64,000 nt of DNA from Thermodesulfobacteriota bacterium (GTDB lineage: Bacteria; Desulfobacterota; Desulfomonilia; UBA1062). The stretch spans positions 2,488-66,487 of the forward strand of contig DAISYU010000005.1 of the NCBI GenBank assembly GCA_036825155.1, given 5' to 3'. Under the pieces are notes generated by a model. That model ran no database searches, was not told the origin of the DNA, and saw only the letters and a list, made by a program, of their open reading frames with translations. Position 1 is the stretch's first letter. The number at the start of each line of letters is the position of its first letter. Position numbers and translations under genes: made by a program. Positions 17,917 to 28,167 of this stretch are shown here, piece by piece.

Positions 17917-18171
17917 TTCTTCGACGTGTAATCGGACCAGGTGATGACACGGCTGGTATGGTAATCCTCACCACATACCTTGTCCTCTCGTGAGTGATGG
18001 CAAAAGAATCCAGCACGTTAGTCATCCAATTTGTACGACCCACTACTCCGATACTCCAATGCTCCATTTTTCACATCCCGGCACGCAACTGTGCCTGCCT
18101 CTTCTGTATACTGGGATGGTTCGGTTTTTCTCAGGGATACTGCCCCTGAGATGACTTCGGGCGAGGTCTTT

Positions 18172-19626
18172 TTACTCGGGTTTCCGGATGTTCAGGAACA
18201 GATTTACCCCTTCAGGTTCCTTTTCCACAGTAATCTTCGCCTTTCTGGGAAGATCCTGGGCGAGTTCTCTGAGATCCTCTTCGTTGCGGTAGATGAGGAA
18301 CCACTCTGCAGCGAATTCCATGATGAATTTCTGAGGATTATACGGTCCGAAATTGCCGATGATCAGCAGTCCGCCGGGTTTGACGAAGCTGTACAGTTTA
18401 TGAATGAGCCTGTTGGATGCCCTGCTTGACAGGTAATCGAAGAGGCCGGCCGTATACACCAGGTCCATGTTCTTATACAGGGCTTTGTTGTTTGCCTTGT
18501 CCACAATCAGTCTCTTGATATTGTCCTGCTCAAAGGTGACCCTGATCTGATCGTTGTTCCTGGTCAGGGGTTCGATCCTCGACGATGCATCAGCCAAGGC
18601 CATTTCATCCTGGTCAACGGCGACGAACTCAAAACGAAACGGCAGTTTCTTCCCGTTAAAACTCGTGAGAAAATCGTAAAATTCAAGGGTGGGTCCGCAT
18701 GCTACACTCATGGCCTTGCGGTCTTCCCCGTTGTCGTTAGAGGTCACCAGGTCCCTGAGCTTTTTGTATAAATACGCCCTTCGATTTCTGACCGCCCTTG
18801 AAGCTGTCCCTTCGCAGTCAATCTTATTCATGACCTGGGAAAAGATATCCTCACCCTCGAACTGATTTCTGTAGATGATGTTCATCATCTCGAAATCACC
18901 GGCATAGCCGAGCGGTTTTGTTATGCTCCTGTTGAACAGCTTCGACTTCATAAAGAATTCATTCAGCCTTTTCTGGAAGAATTCGCGGTGGATAAAATGC
19001 TGTTTGGAGTCTGTAAAGCCGTTGATAATCTTTGTGAAGTGGTCATAATACCTGACCAGTTCTTCATATAATGCATCAAACGAGAGCTCCTTGAGTGTAT
19101 CGAGAAGAGCCGGCTGGAGGGCATTGTCTTCCTTGTTGATTGACTGGACCTCCTGGACAATCCTGTCCTGAAAACCGCTGAGCATGTAATGAAGATGAGA
19201 TGTGAGATTCACGAATTCTGGATCGAGGTTCTCCTCTATGGCCATGGACTGAATAAAGTCAAGGAACTCATTCTGCAGTTTCGTGATCTTGTCAGCCTTC
19301 ACAATAGAATAGATATCCATGGCTGTGTCAATATAGGTGCAGCCGATGCGGGAGAATACCGTGCCGTCTTCCTCCTGATCCTGAATGTGGATGATTGTGG
19401 CGCCGGACGCATGGATTTCACTATCAAAAGAGAAGAATCTCAGATCGGAGATAATATCGCCTATCTTCAACAGGAGACTCCCGTCTTCCAGCAGAAAGGA
19501 CACCCCTGTTCTCGAGTAGTCTAATATCCGGCAGGAGTGTTCCTTGTTCTGAAAATCGTGGAAGCGGACAACCTTGCTGTCGTCTTCCGGGTCTACCATA
19601 TAACGCAGATCGCGCTTAAGTCTCAC
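18172..19626 (-). CDS. Fusion protein: N-terminal PilZ-like (c-di-GMP-binding type) domain plus C-terminal class I SAM-dependent methyltransferase domain
   Basis: N-terminus MRLKRDLR ... DYSRTG carries a DxSxxG motif, but the RxxxR motif is degenerate. C-terminal half has methyltransferase motifs: MSVACGPTLEF, VAVDQD, DLVYTAGLFDYL and KPGGLLIIGNF. Confidence 0.6.
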   Translation of the reverse strand: MRLKRDLRYMVDPEDDSKVVRFHDFQNKEHSCRILDYSRTGVSFLLEDGSLLLKIGDIISDLRFFSFDSEIHASGATIIHIQDQEEDGTVFSRIGCTYIDTAMDIYSIVKADKITKLQNEFLDFIQSMAIEENLDPEFVNLTSHLHYMLSGFQDRIVQEVQSINKEDNALQPALLDTLKELSFDALYEELVRYYDHFTKIINGFTDSKQHFIHREFFQKRLNEFFMKSKLFNRSITKPLGYAGDFEMMNIIYRNQFEGEDIFSQVMNKIDCEGTASRAVRNRRAYLYKKLRDLVTSNDNGEDRKAMSVACGPTLEFYDFLTSFNGKKLPFRFEFVAVDQDEMALADASSRIEPLTRNNDQIRVTFEQDNIKRLIVDKANNKALYKNMDLVYTAGLFDYLSSRASNRLIHKLYSFVKPGGLLIIGNFGPYNPQKFIMEFAAEWFLIYRNEEDLRELAQDLPRKAKITVEKEPEGVNLFLNIRKPE

Positions 19627-20057
19627 ACCCGGCCTCCGGTACTTCTCGATAGTAGAGAGAGCAAATATACATCATTACTGAGCCGTAACGGCATCATCAG
19701 AAAAAAACTTTATAATTAAAAAATCTTCAGTCAATAAATCTGGTTGGTTACAGGTAGACCACGGGTAAAAGGGCTCTAGATGACCTGTGTCGGAGGATGC
19801 GTTGAACGGCACGCTGAGGGTATACCTTTAAAGAAACAACACAAGCAGGGTGGATGTGTTCGGTAAACAGTGGCGCAAGACGTTATACCCATATCTTTCA
19901 AAAAGACCTCTTTTTCATTCACCCGTCTTCGAAGCAGGACAACCGTTTCCGCATATCCTAAATAAATTATAGTAAAGAACCGATAGTACTTGATGAATAA
20001 GACAGTTTTCATGCCTGGTAAGGCGATGTACAAAGATTACTATGAACATATTGTGAG

Positions 20058-22064
20058 GTGAGCTTGAGTATTCAGACGCTTTCTGCAGCGGTAGGCAACA
20101 TTTTACAACGTTCTATCATCAATGGCAGGCAGGTAGGCAATATTCTCTCATCCAGGGAGTCAAGGATTCTGAACATGCCCATGAATACCCTGACTTTGGC
20201 TTTCCCCGAAAATCTTGAAAAAGGCTTCTTGGATGACTATTTCAGCAAGTCATTGAAGCAGGTGAGGGTGACCCTCTTACTGGGAGTATTCTTCTATGGG
20301 ATCTTCGGAATACTCGATGCCAAGCTGATACCTGAAACAAAGTGGACCCTGTGGTTCATCAGGTATGCAATCGTTATCCCGAGCCTGCTCAGTGTAATCC
20401 TCTTTTCCTTCTCTTCGCTGTTCAAGAGGTATATGCAGCTCTGCCTGTCAACCGCAATCGCCATGTCCGGCCTGGGCATCATCATCATGATCGCCATAGC
20501 ACCACCGCCGGTTAATTATTCGTACTATGCTGGCTTGATCCTTGTCTTGATATTCGGGTACGTGTTCCTGAGGATACGATTCTTATGGGCGACTTTTGCC
20601 GGCTGGATCATCGTATTGTTCTATGAGATCGCCGCTGTGTGGATAAACGATACACCGGTGGCCATCCTTCTCAACAACAACTTTTTTTTCATAAGCGCTA
20701 ATTTTATAGGAATGTTTGCCTGCTACTCCATCGAATACTATTCCCGCAGGGATTTTTATATGGCACGCCTGCTGGAACTGGAGCAGGAAAAGGTCTCTGC
20801 CGCCAACCTGGAACTGGAAAAGCGGGTGGAAGAAAGAACATCGGATGTCATGAAGGCAAACGAGGAACTTACACGCGAAATCGAGGCCCACAGGAGAGCG
20901 GAAGAGGAAAAGAGAGGCCTGGAGGCCCAGCTTCGACAGGCCCAGAAGATGGAGGCCATAGGAACGCTGGCAGGAGGCATTGCGCACGATTTCAACAATA
21001 TCCTCTCTCCCATCATCGGATATACCGAGATGATATTGGAGGATGTTCCGAAGAACTCCAAGCTTGCGGAAAAGCTCGAGCAGGTACAACTCGCAGCCAA
21101 CAGGGCAAGGGATCTTGTACGTCATATCCTCACCTTCAGCCGGCAGACTGATCAGGAATTGACTCCGCTGGAGATGCAGCCCATTATAAAGGAATCGTTG
21201 AAACTGCTTCGTGCCTCGCTGCCTTCAACCATCGACATCAAACAAAACATAGACATGAACTGCGGCCCCATTCTTGCCGATCTTACCCAGATACATCAAA
21301 TAATCATGAATCTGTGCACCAATGCCTTTCATGCAATGCGTGAGGATGGGGGAGTCCTGGGTATCGAACTCTCGGAAGAAGAGATACGGTCAACGGATCT
21401 GATGTATAAGCTGAACCTGAATCCAGGACCTCATGCAAAGCTGAGCATAAGCGATACCGGCCATGGTATGAGCCGTTCCGTCCAGGAAAGGATCTTTGAT
21501 CCGTACTTTACCACCAAGGCTCCTGGAGAAGGGACCGGCCTTGGTCTCGCTGTTGTTCACGGGATTGTGAAAAGTTACGGTGGTGATATCAGCATATACA
21601 GCGAACCCGGCAAGGGCACCACGTTCCATGTATATCTGCCCTGCATAGAGACGGAACTCCTGGAGAATGACGCATCGTTGAGTGATGTGGCAATCACGGG
21701 AGAAGAGCACATTCTTATCGTTGACGATGAAAAGTACATCGTTGTCATGATGAAAGAGATGCTGGAGCGGTTGGGGTACAAGGTAACCCCGTTTACCAAC
21801 AGCCTGGAGGCGCTTAAGGAGTTCAGGAAAGATCCTGCCCGTTTCGATGTGGTCATTACTGATCAGACAATGCCATATAAGACCGGTTCAGAGCTGGCGG
21901 AAGAATTGATGCGCATCAGACACGATATTCCCGTAATTTTGTGCACGGGATTCTCTGAGCTGCTCTCGGAAGAAAAGGCAAAGGCCATAGGCATCAGAGA
22001 GTATATCTCCAAGCCCGTTGTCAAGAGCGAGATCTCCAAGGCGATCAGGAATGCCCTCGAGTAA
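20058..22064 (+). CDS. Hybrid sensor histidine kinase: about 6-TM membrane sensor, coiled coil, HisKA, HATPase and a C-terminal receiver
   Basis: About six hydrophobic helices in the first 230 aa. HisKA H-box [17 protein letters not shown]. HATPase G-boxes DTGHGM and GTGLGLAV. C-terminal receiver ILIVDDE ... VITDQTMP. Real start is possibly the ATG at 20175 (MPMNTL). Confidence 0.85.
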   Translation: MSLSIQTLSAAVGNILQRSIINGRQVGNILSSRESRILNMPMNTLTLAFPENLEKGFLDDYFSKSLKQVRVTLLLGVFFYGIFGILDAKLIPETKWTLWFIRYAIVIPSLLSVILFSFSSLFKRYMQLCLSTAIAMSGLGIIIMIAIAPPPVNYSYYAGLILVLIFGYVFLRIRFLWATFAGWIIVLFYEIAAVWINDTPVAILLNNNFFFISANFIGMFACYSIEYYSRRDFYMARLLELEQEKVSAANLELEKRVEERTSDVMKANEELTREIEAHRRAEEEKRGLEAQLRQAQKMEAIGTLAGGIAHDFNNILSPIIGYTEMILEDVPKNSKLAEKLEQVQLAANRARDLVRHILTFSRQTDQELTPLEMQPIIKESLKLLRASLPSTIDIKQNIDMNCGPILADLTQIHQIIMNLCTNAFHAMREDGGVLGIELSEEEIRSTDLMYKLNLNPGPHAKLSISDTGHGMSRSVQERIFDPYFTTKAPGEGTGLGLAVVHGIVKSYGGDISIYSEPGKGTTFHVYLPCIETELLENDASLSDVAITGEEHILIVDDEKYIVVMMKEMLERLGYKVTPFTNSLEALKEFRKDPARFDVVITDQTMPYKTGSELAEELMRIRHDIPVILCTGFSELLSEEKAKAIGIREYISKPVVKSEISKAIRNALE

Positions 22065-22075
22065 GGCTTCCCGGA

Positions 22076-22570
22076 TTACTCCTTGGGTGCGCAGTCACTC
22101 ATATCCCCGCCGAGTTTTGACAGGGCGTGTCCCAGGGCAGGGAGAATGCTTCCAAGACAGTCTCTCACCCCACCCGGGCTTCCGGGGAGATTCACGATCA
22201 ATGTTTGCTTTCTGACCCCTGCTACTGCCCGGGAGATCATGGCATGGGGTGTTTTCTCCAGGCTTGTCATCCGCATCACCTCTTCCATGCCGGGCAGGCG
22301 CTTCTCGATAACAGCCAGTGTTGCCTCCGGTGTGACATCTCTGGGGGAAAGTCCTGTGCCTCCTGTGGTGACGATCAGGTCAAGCCCGAGTTCGTCGCTC
22401 CAGGAAATGAGTCTGTCTTTGATAATATCCGCCTCATCAGGAACGATCTCATACATTGTAGAGGCAATGTCATGCTCCTTGAGCATCTCCTGAATGATCT
22501 TGCCGCTCGTATCCTCTCGCTGGCCTTTCGACCCCTTGTCGGACAGGGTCAGTACTCCGGCCTTCTTCAT
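22076..22570 (-). CDS. mogA: Molybdopterin adenylyltransferase MogA/MoaB family
   Basis: MKKAGVLTLSDKGSKG ... LIVTTGGTGLSPRDVTPEAT matches the MogA fold signature. Start trimmed to the internal ATG. The track ORF has a 60-aa N-terminal extension that overlaps the upstream gene. Confidence 0.8.
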   Translation of the reverse strand: MKKAGVLTLSDKGSKGQREDTSGKIIQEMLKEHDIASTMYEIVPDEADIIKDRLISWSDELGLDLIVTTGGTGLSPRDVTPEATLAVIEKRLPGMEEVMRMTSLEKTPHAMISRAVAGVRKQTLIVNLPGSPGGVRDCLGSILPALGHALSKLGGDMSDCAPKE

Positions 22571-23001
22571 CTTTTCACCTCTTTTAATCTTTGCTGGGCA
22601 ACAATAACTATGGGCCGTGGAATCGCCCTGCTTTTTGCAAGCAGTTCGAGATCCCGCTGCTTGAGGTAGGAGACCTGCCGCAGCGCTAAGGGAAGCGGTG
22701 TCTTGGGATTGTTGACCAGGGCGAGTTTTATCTGGTAGTTTTTCATCCACTCCCGGTTATTGGCGATGTGTCTGAGGACCTCGTCGTTTATCTGCCTGTT
22801 GCCGGCGATCAAAAGCACCTCACCCTCCGTGATCTTCGGGGAAGAGATGACTGCAATCTGGACGAGTTTGTTCGAATCCCTCATGAGGATGGATCTGGCC
22901 TCCTTGTTCGCTTTTCTGGCCAGATCCAGCTTCTCGGACACACTCATGCTCTGGATGCTTTGGAACAGGCTCTTTGTGGCATCCGCTCCGTTATTTTGCA
23001 T
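22567..23001 (-). CDS. Hypothetical helical protein (144 aa)
   Basis: ORF sits between the EF-G paralog and mogA with start and stop overlaps on both sides. Sequence is helical and leucine-rich with no recognisable motif. Confidence 0.4.
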   Translation of the reverse strand: MQNNGADATKSLFQSIQSMSVSEKLDLARKANKEARSILMRDSNKLVQIAVISSPKITEGEVLLIAGNRQINDEVLRHIANNREWMKNYQIKLALVNNPKTPLPLALRQVSYLKQRDLELLAKSRAIPRPIVIVAQQRLKEVKR

Positions 23002-25075
23002 CTTTCGCGGCTTTTACTTCCTCTACAATCTTTTCCTGGATGTTGTACGGTACCGGCTCCAGATGGGAAAAACTCAAGGAGAATGTTCCCCTGGCAGAAG
23101 TGATTGAGGTTAGTATCGGGGCGTAGGAGAGTACCTCGGCAAGGGGTACCTGCGCCTTGAGTTCCTGGTATTTGCCCCGGGCATTCATGCCTTCAATCTT
23201 GGCCCTCCTGCTGTTGAGGTCACCCATGACGTCACCCATACAGTCTTCCGGCACCACAACCGTGATATTCATGATGGGCTCGAGCATAATGGGCCTGCAG
23301 GCCTCCAGCGCCTTTTTCATGGCCAGTGAACCTGCTATCTTGAATGCCATCTCCGAAGAGTCGACGTCGTGGTAAGAGCCGTCATACAGGCTCACCCTTA
23401 CATCCACAATGGGATTTCCCGAGAGTGGTCCGCTCTGCATGGCCTCGATAACACCCTTTTCAACTGCCGGGATGTACGTCCTGGGGATCACCCCGCCCAC
23501 AATATTGTTGACGAACTCGAAGCCTCCTCCTCTCTCCAGAGGCTCCACCTCGATCCAGCAATCACCGTATTGGCCGTGACCGCCGGTCTGTTTCTTGTGT
23601 TTTCCCTGTACCTTTGTGGAGGCGGTGATCGTCTCCTTATAGGGGACCTTCGGCGTCTTGAGTTCCACTTCGACCCCGAAGCGTCTCTTGAGTCGGTCCA
23701 CGATGATCTCGATGTGGAGCTGGCCGAGGCCTGAGAGAATGAATTCGCCTGTCTGTTCGTCTCGGAAGACCTTCAAGACCGGGTCCTCATCCATGAGTTT
23801 CTGGAATGCAGGGAGCAGCTTTTCAACGTCCGCCTTGGTCTTGGGAGAGACAGCCATGTTCATGATGGGTTCGGGGAAGGTAGGATTTTCCAGGGTGAAA
23901 TTTAACGATTCACTCAGCAATGTGTCGCCGGTCTTTGTTTCCTTGAGTTTCGCCACGGCAAAGATATCACCGGGACCCACCTGTTCCAGTGATGTCTGGT
24001 TCTTTCCCTCCAGGAGTATTATCGATCCGATACGCTCCTTTATTCCTCGTGAGGCGTTCACGAAGTTGGAGTCAGGATTCAATGTCCCGGAAAAGCATCT
24101 GATAACGCTGAGTGTTCCCGTATACGGGTCGCTCATGGTCTTGAACACGTACCCGCAGAACATCTCGTTCTCTTCAGCCTTGAGTTCCTTGGTCTTGCCG
24201 TCCTTGTCTTTCAGTACCGGCAGTACCCGTTCTTTCGGAGAGATGCATGACGAATTGATGAAGTCCATGAGCGGATGTACACCCATGTTCAGCAGTGCGG
24301 AGCCGGAAAACACCGGGAGGAATTCGCCTTTTGCCAGGCCGGCAGACAGGGCTGAGGCAAGTTCTTCCTGGCTCAAGGTTTCGCCCTCGAGATACTTTTC
24401 CATCAGGGCATCATCCACCTCTGCAAGGTCTTCAACAACCTGGTTGTATACCTCGTCGAGCTTATCCTGCATGTCTGCCGGGACATCGCCGGTGCTGAAT
24501 TTTCCTGAACCGTTCTTCTCATAGAGGTATGCCTTTTTGTTCAGGACATCGACGACCCCTGCGAATGAATCTTCCGCTCCTATGGGAAGAGTCAGAACAA
24601 GCGGTTTTATCTCGAGTATCTCTGAGATGTCCGTGAGCACCTGCTCGAAATCCGCCCGTTCCCTGTCCATCTTGTTTATAAAGCAAAGCTTTGCCAGGCC
24701 TTCGTCGCAAGCCATTGTCCAGAGGTTTTCAGTATGAGGTTTGATGGAGTCTATGGCATCGATCACAAACAGGGCGTTGTCCGCAGACTTGAGGCCGAGA
24801 ATTGCCTCGGAGCTGAAATTATTGTCTCCCGGGGTGTCCAGGATCAAGACCCCGGTGTTTTTCCATTTATAGTTATGCAGGGCAGAAAATACTGACGACT
24901 GCCGTTTCTGTTCCTCGGGCTCGAAATCCAGTACTGAATTTCCGTCGAGTACTTTCCCCAGTCTGGTGGTTGCCTTTGCATTGAACAGCAGTGCCTCACC
25001 CAATGAGGTCTTACCCGTACCAGATTGAGATAGAATAATTATATCTCTTAGATTTTCCGTTTGATATTTCCTCAT
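22991..25075 (-). CDS. Elongation factor G-family translational GTPase (EF-G paralog)
   Basis: 694 aa. G-domain motifs SQSGTGKTS, DTPG and NKMD, followed by EF-G domains II-V. Confidence 0.85.
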   Translation of the reverse strand: MRKYQTENLRDIIILSQSGTGKTSLGEALLFNAKATTRLGKVLDGNSVLDFEPEEQKRQSSVFSALHNYKWKNTGVLILDTPGDNNFSSEAILGLKSADNALFVIDAIDSIKPHTENLWTMACDEGLAKLCFINKMDRERADFEQVLTDISEILEIKPLVLTLPIGAEDSFAGVVDVLNKKAYLYEKNGSGKFSTGDVPADMQDKLDEVYNQVVEDLAEVDDALMEKYLEGETLSQEELASALSAGLAKGEFLPVFSGSALLNMGVHPLMDFINSSCISPKERVLPVLKDKDGKTKELKAEENEMFCGYVFKTMSDPYTGTLSVIRCFSGTLNPDSNFVNASRGIKERIGSIILLEGKNQTSLEQVGPGDIFAVAKLKETKTGDTLLSESLNFTLENPTFPEPIMNMAVSPKTKADVEKLLPAFQKLMDEDPVLKVFRDEQTGEFILSGLGQLHIEIIVDRLKRRFGVEVELKTPKVPYKETITASTKVQGKHKKQTGGHGQYGDCWIEVEPLERGGGFEFVNNIVGGVIPRTYIPAVEKGVIEAMQSGPLSGNPIVDVRVSLYDGSYHDVDSSEMAFKIAGSLAMKKALEACRPIMLEPIMNITVVVPEDCMGDVMGDLNSRRAKIEGMNARGKYQELKAQVPLAEVLSYAPILTSITSARGTFSLSFSHLEPVPYNIQEKIVEEVKAAKDAK

Positions 25076-25396
25076 CTGTCCTCCCTTTCTTTCCCTGTGT
25101 CTAGAGAATAGGCTATTAACTGAAAATGGTGGAGCAAGTCAAGCAATTGCTGAGGCCTTGAATTGTGAGCCGATGCAGGAAAACGCACGAGTCATCCGGG
25201 GCTGTTGTATGCCCGCTTGCTATGGGTATGATATAGGTTTCTTTATGACATAACAAGCAGGGCATGCGCCCTTTGTCCCGGGATGCCGGATCTATGATTT
25301 ACCCCTGATTTCACCTCGAACAGATGTGAGCACGGTGGCCGTTGATACCTGGAGTCACAGCCATATCAAGATTGCCTGCAACGTAGACTTTGGTAT

Positions 25397-26350
25397 ATGA
25401 TGGACCCCATGTGGAAGGACATCGTTGGTCATGAAACCCAGATAGAGCTCCTCAAAAGCTACATTACCGTGAACAAGGTGCCTCATGCGTTTCTGTTTTC
25501 AGGGCCTATGGGACTGGGCAAAACCAGGGTGGCGCACGAGTTTTTCAAGGCGATCAACTGCCTGGAAAGCCCTTCAGAGCCATGTGATGCATGCAGGAAC
25601 TGCACAAAGGCGGACAGCGGTACCCATCCGGATCTCGTCACGCTCGGGACAGTAGACGGCTGGATACAGGTAAAGGACGTACGCTCAGTCATTGGAGACA
25701 TAGGTCTCAAACCATTTGAGGCACGCTCTCGGGTGGTGATCGTATCACCTGCGGAGCGTATGAATAAGGCCAGCTCCAATGCTCTTCTGAAAACACTGGA
25801 AGAACCTCCGCAGGGCACGGTGATCATCCTGGTAAGTCACAAGCCCACCATGCTGTTGCCCACCATTGTTTCCCGTTGCCAGATTATCCGGTTTACCCCG
25901 GTGGATGCTTCTGCCTGTTCGGGTGTGTCCATCGATCCTGTACTCCTTCGACTCACCTCAGGTTCCATCGGCTCCGTGTCGGGGCTCGATGATGAGGGTA
26001 TCCTGCGTATCAGGGATGAGATGGTGAGGATCGCAAGCGGTGACGACCCGTTCGATCTCGTCTCGAAATATTTCTCGGCGGCAAACCCCTCAAAGGAAAC
26101 TGCCATGATAGTTCTGCTGCTGGCAGAATCCATGGTCAGGGATATCCTTGTCTTGTATCACCATGGAGAAAAGCTCATTCATGAGGAACTAAGTGACCTG
26201 CCAATAAACAATGTCAGGATTGATGCTGTTGAGTGCCTCACTGACTGTATCCATGGCATCAGGCGGGGCATGAATGAAAACATCAATCTTAAAAATGCCA
26301 TGAGCGAGCTGTTAATCATGCTCAGCGAGGTTGCAGCTGTCCGTGTGTAA
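25397..26350 (+). CDS. holB: DNA polymerase III subunit delta prime
   Basis: AAA+ clamp-loader fold: HAFLFSGPMGLGKT Walker-A-like motif, a CxxC zinc module (CDACRNC) and an SRC-type motif. 317 aa. Confidence 0.85.
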   Translation: MMDPMWKDIVGHETQIELLKSYITVNKVPHAFLFSGPMGLGKTRVAHEFFKAINCLESPSEPCDACRNCTKADSGTHPDLVTLGTVDGWIQVKDVRSVIGDIGLKPFEARSRVVIVSPAERMNKASSNALLKTLEEPPQGTVIILVSHKPTMLLPTIVSRCQIIRFTPVDASACSGVSIDPVLLRLTSGSIGSVSGLDDEGILRIRDEMVRIASGDDPFDLVSKYFSAANPSKETAMIVLLLAESMVRDILVLYHHGEKLIHEELSDLPINNVRIDAVECLTDCIHGIRRGMNENINLKNAMSELLIMLSEVAAVRV

Positions 26351-26362
26351 ACACTGAGTACT

Positions 26363-27061
26363 TTACAGGGGCCGCCGCCACTTGGATTTTTTCGGTCTTC
26401 TCCTTAAGAGGACATATAACGCCCCGGTCCCACCATCACAGGGACGGGCCGAACAGAACGCCAGCACAAGGTGGGAGAGGCTTCCTGTGGTGAGCCATTT
26501 AACCACGTGCTCTTTAAGCACCGGGCCTTCGCTTGATTTGAGGCCGCGGCCATGGATGACGAGCAGTGCCCGGTTCCCCATGGCATGGGCGTTTGTCAGG
26601 AACGCATTGAGGGCGGATCGTGCCTCGTCTTTTGTGTAGCCGTGAAGGTCAAGATGCGCCTGTGTGGTAAATTCACCGGCCTTGAGTTTCTTGAGGGTGG
26701 TGGGGTCCAGAGGGATTGCATTGCCCTCCAGATATTCGCCCGTGCAGGTAACATCAAAGCGGGCCTTGCCGCTGGTGAGGGCATTCAGGGTGTTCAGTAC
26801 CTCGGTATCCTGCCGGCGAATGCTCTCATGGATGGACTGGATGACAGTGTCTACCTCAACGGGGTCGTGGGTTATCTGGTCGCTTTCTATGGGTTTTACC
26901 CCGTTCATGGCGTGCGCAAAGAGTGCACTTTCATCGTCGCTGTGCTGCTTGGGCTGCGGGGTCTTTGCCGCTGGCCTCCTGTCTTCTTCTCCCTTCCTCC
27001 TGATCTTCATGCCCTTGAGGCTTGAGAAGGGGCGGTTAAAGGGTTCGTCTGATTTCGCCAT
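26363..27061 (-). CDS. Smr (MutS2-C-terminal-like) domain protein
   Basis: C-terminal LDLHGYTKDEARSALNAFL ... LLVIHGRG matches the Smr nuclease-domain signature. The N-terminal region is basic and Pro-rich. Confidence 0.75.
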   Translation of the reverse strand: MAKSDEPFNRPFSSLKGMKIRRKGEEDRRPAAKTPQPKQHSDDESALFAHAMNGVKPIESDQITHDPVEVDTVIQSIHESIRRQDTEVLNTLNALTSGKARFDVTCTGEYLEGNAIPLDPTTLKKLKAGEFTTQAHLDLHGYTKDEARSALNAFLTNAHAMGNRALLVIHGRGLKSSEGPVLKEHVVKWLTTGSLSHLVLAFCSARPCDGGTGALYVLLRRRPKKSKWRRPL

Positions 27062-27075
27062 ATGCCTTTTTTACC

Positions 27076-27116
27076 AAAAAAAAGAGGCCCACTCAATAAG
27101 AGGTGGTAGTGGGCCC
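27076..27116 (-). terminator. Intrinsic-terminator-like hairpin plus U8 tract on the minus strand, lying inside the putative 5' leader of the smr gene
   Basis: GGCCCACT (27086-27093) and AGTGGGCC (27108-27115) form a perfect 8-bp GC-rich stem with a 14-nt loop. Eight A's at 27076-27083 give a U8 tract on the minus strand. The hairpin ends 15 nt before the smr start codon. Confidence 0.5.
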
Positions 27117-27163
27117 AAAAAGGAGGTCTATAGCCCTTGAAAGATATGCTATAGGCTGCGCCT

Positions 27164-27193
27164 CTTATATCGGGTCCATATTGGCTCTGTCAA
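27164..27193 (-). promoter_or_regulatory. Candidate sigma-70 promoter driving the smr leader
   Basis: Minus strand shows a -35 TTGACA (27188-27193), an 18-nt spacer and a -10 TATAAG (27164-27169). Predicted transcription start is about 27157. Confidence 0.4.
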
Positions 27194-27246
27194 ATATAAT
27201 TATCTTATGATATGCTTAAAGAAAAGTAAATTGATATTGGAACGCT

Positions 27247-28161
27247 ATGAATATACATCAGGTTCACATTTTCAACATTGCGGCAAAGACGTTGAGTATA
27301 ACCAAGACTGCGAAGAAGATGCACCTTTCCCAACCCTCGGTCAGTATCCAGATCAAGGACCTGGAAGATTCTCTGAATGTCAGACTCTTTGAGCGGATAA
27401 ACCGGAAGATCACCCTTACTGACGCCGGCAAGGTCTTCTACTCCTATTCCGAAAAGCTGCTCAATCTCATAGATGAGATCAATGCGGTCATGAATGAGTT
27501 CAGTTCGGGTGATGTGGGCAAGCTCGTTCTCGGCACATCAAACACCATCGGAATCTATGTCCTGCCAAAATATCTCGGGTATTTCAAGGAGTCGTTCCCC
27601 AAGGCGGAGATCTCGATGATGATTCTCAACAGGCAGGAGGCCCTGGAACAGTGCATATCGGGTGAACTGGATTTTGCCTTCCTTCAGGACCCCCCCAAAC
27701 ACCCTGATCTGCATGCCGAGTTCTTCATGAAGGATGAGCTGGTGATTGTCTGTTCCCCGAAGCACAGGTGGGCCGGCAGGGATCACCTTACCATCAAGAT
27801 GCTGACCTCGGAACCGGAACAGATCATCCTGAGGGAGGAGGGCTCCGGCACCAGAGGACTGATCGAGTACGTGCTCAAGCGATATGGGATTGAACGCAAC
27901 GTCACCATGGAGCTCAGTTCTTCAGAGGGGATAAAGCGTGCGGTTGAAGCGAACCTGGGTGTGGCCGTACTCTCCAAGAACGTCATCAAGACGGAAGTCC
28001 AGAACAAGAGTCTTGTGGCAATAGATATCAAGGATCTCAATACCAAGAGAGATTTTTATCTTGTCCATAACAAGAAGCGGAAATTCATGCCCCTGATGGA
28101 GAAGTTCTACGAATTCATCCTCGAGAAACGCTCAGAAGTGGACAGCTTTTCCCGGGGCTGA
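27247..28161 (+). CDS. LysR-family transcriptional regulator
   Basis: N-terminal HTH (IAAKTLSITKTAKKMHLSQPSVSIQIKDLE) and a C-terminal substrate-binding domain. 304 aa. Confidence 0.9.
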   Translation: MNIHQVHIFNIAAKTLSITKTAKKMHLSQPSVSIQIKDLEDSLNVRLFERINRKITLTDAGKVFYSYSEKLLNLIDEINAVMNEFSSGDVGKLVLGTSNTIGIYVLPKYLGYFKESFPKAEISMMILNRQEALEQCISGELDFAFLQDPPKHPDLHAEFFMKDELVIVCSPKHRWAGRDHLTIKMLTSEPEQIILREEGSGTRGLIEYVLKRYGIERNVTMELSSSEGIKRAVEANLGVAVLSKNVIKTEVQNKSLVAIDIKDLNTKRDFYLVHNKKRKFMPLMEKFYEFILEKRSEVDSFSRG

Positions 28162-28167
28162 CGGGCG

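Noticed and set aside
18129-18173. Hairpin CTCAGGG-atactgc-CCCTGAG between convergent scpB and the PilZ-methyltransferase gene, as a terminator
   Set aside because: There is no U-tract adjacent on either strand. The T-run is 18 nt away on plus, and an A-run follows on minus. It is not a canonical intrinsic terminator.
22076-22750. 60-aa N-terminal extension of the mogA ORF in the track (MDEKLPDK...), as a possible fusion or leader peptide
   Set aside because: The extension overlaps the upstream 144-aa ORF in another frame. It has a Pro/Gln/Ala-rich low-complexity translation and no ribosome-binding site. The internal ATG (MKKAGVLT) aligns with canonical MogA N-termini.
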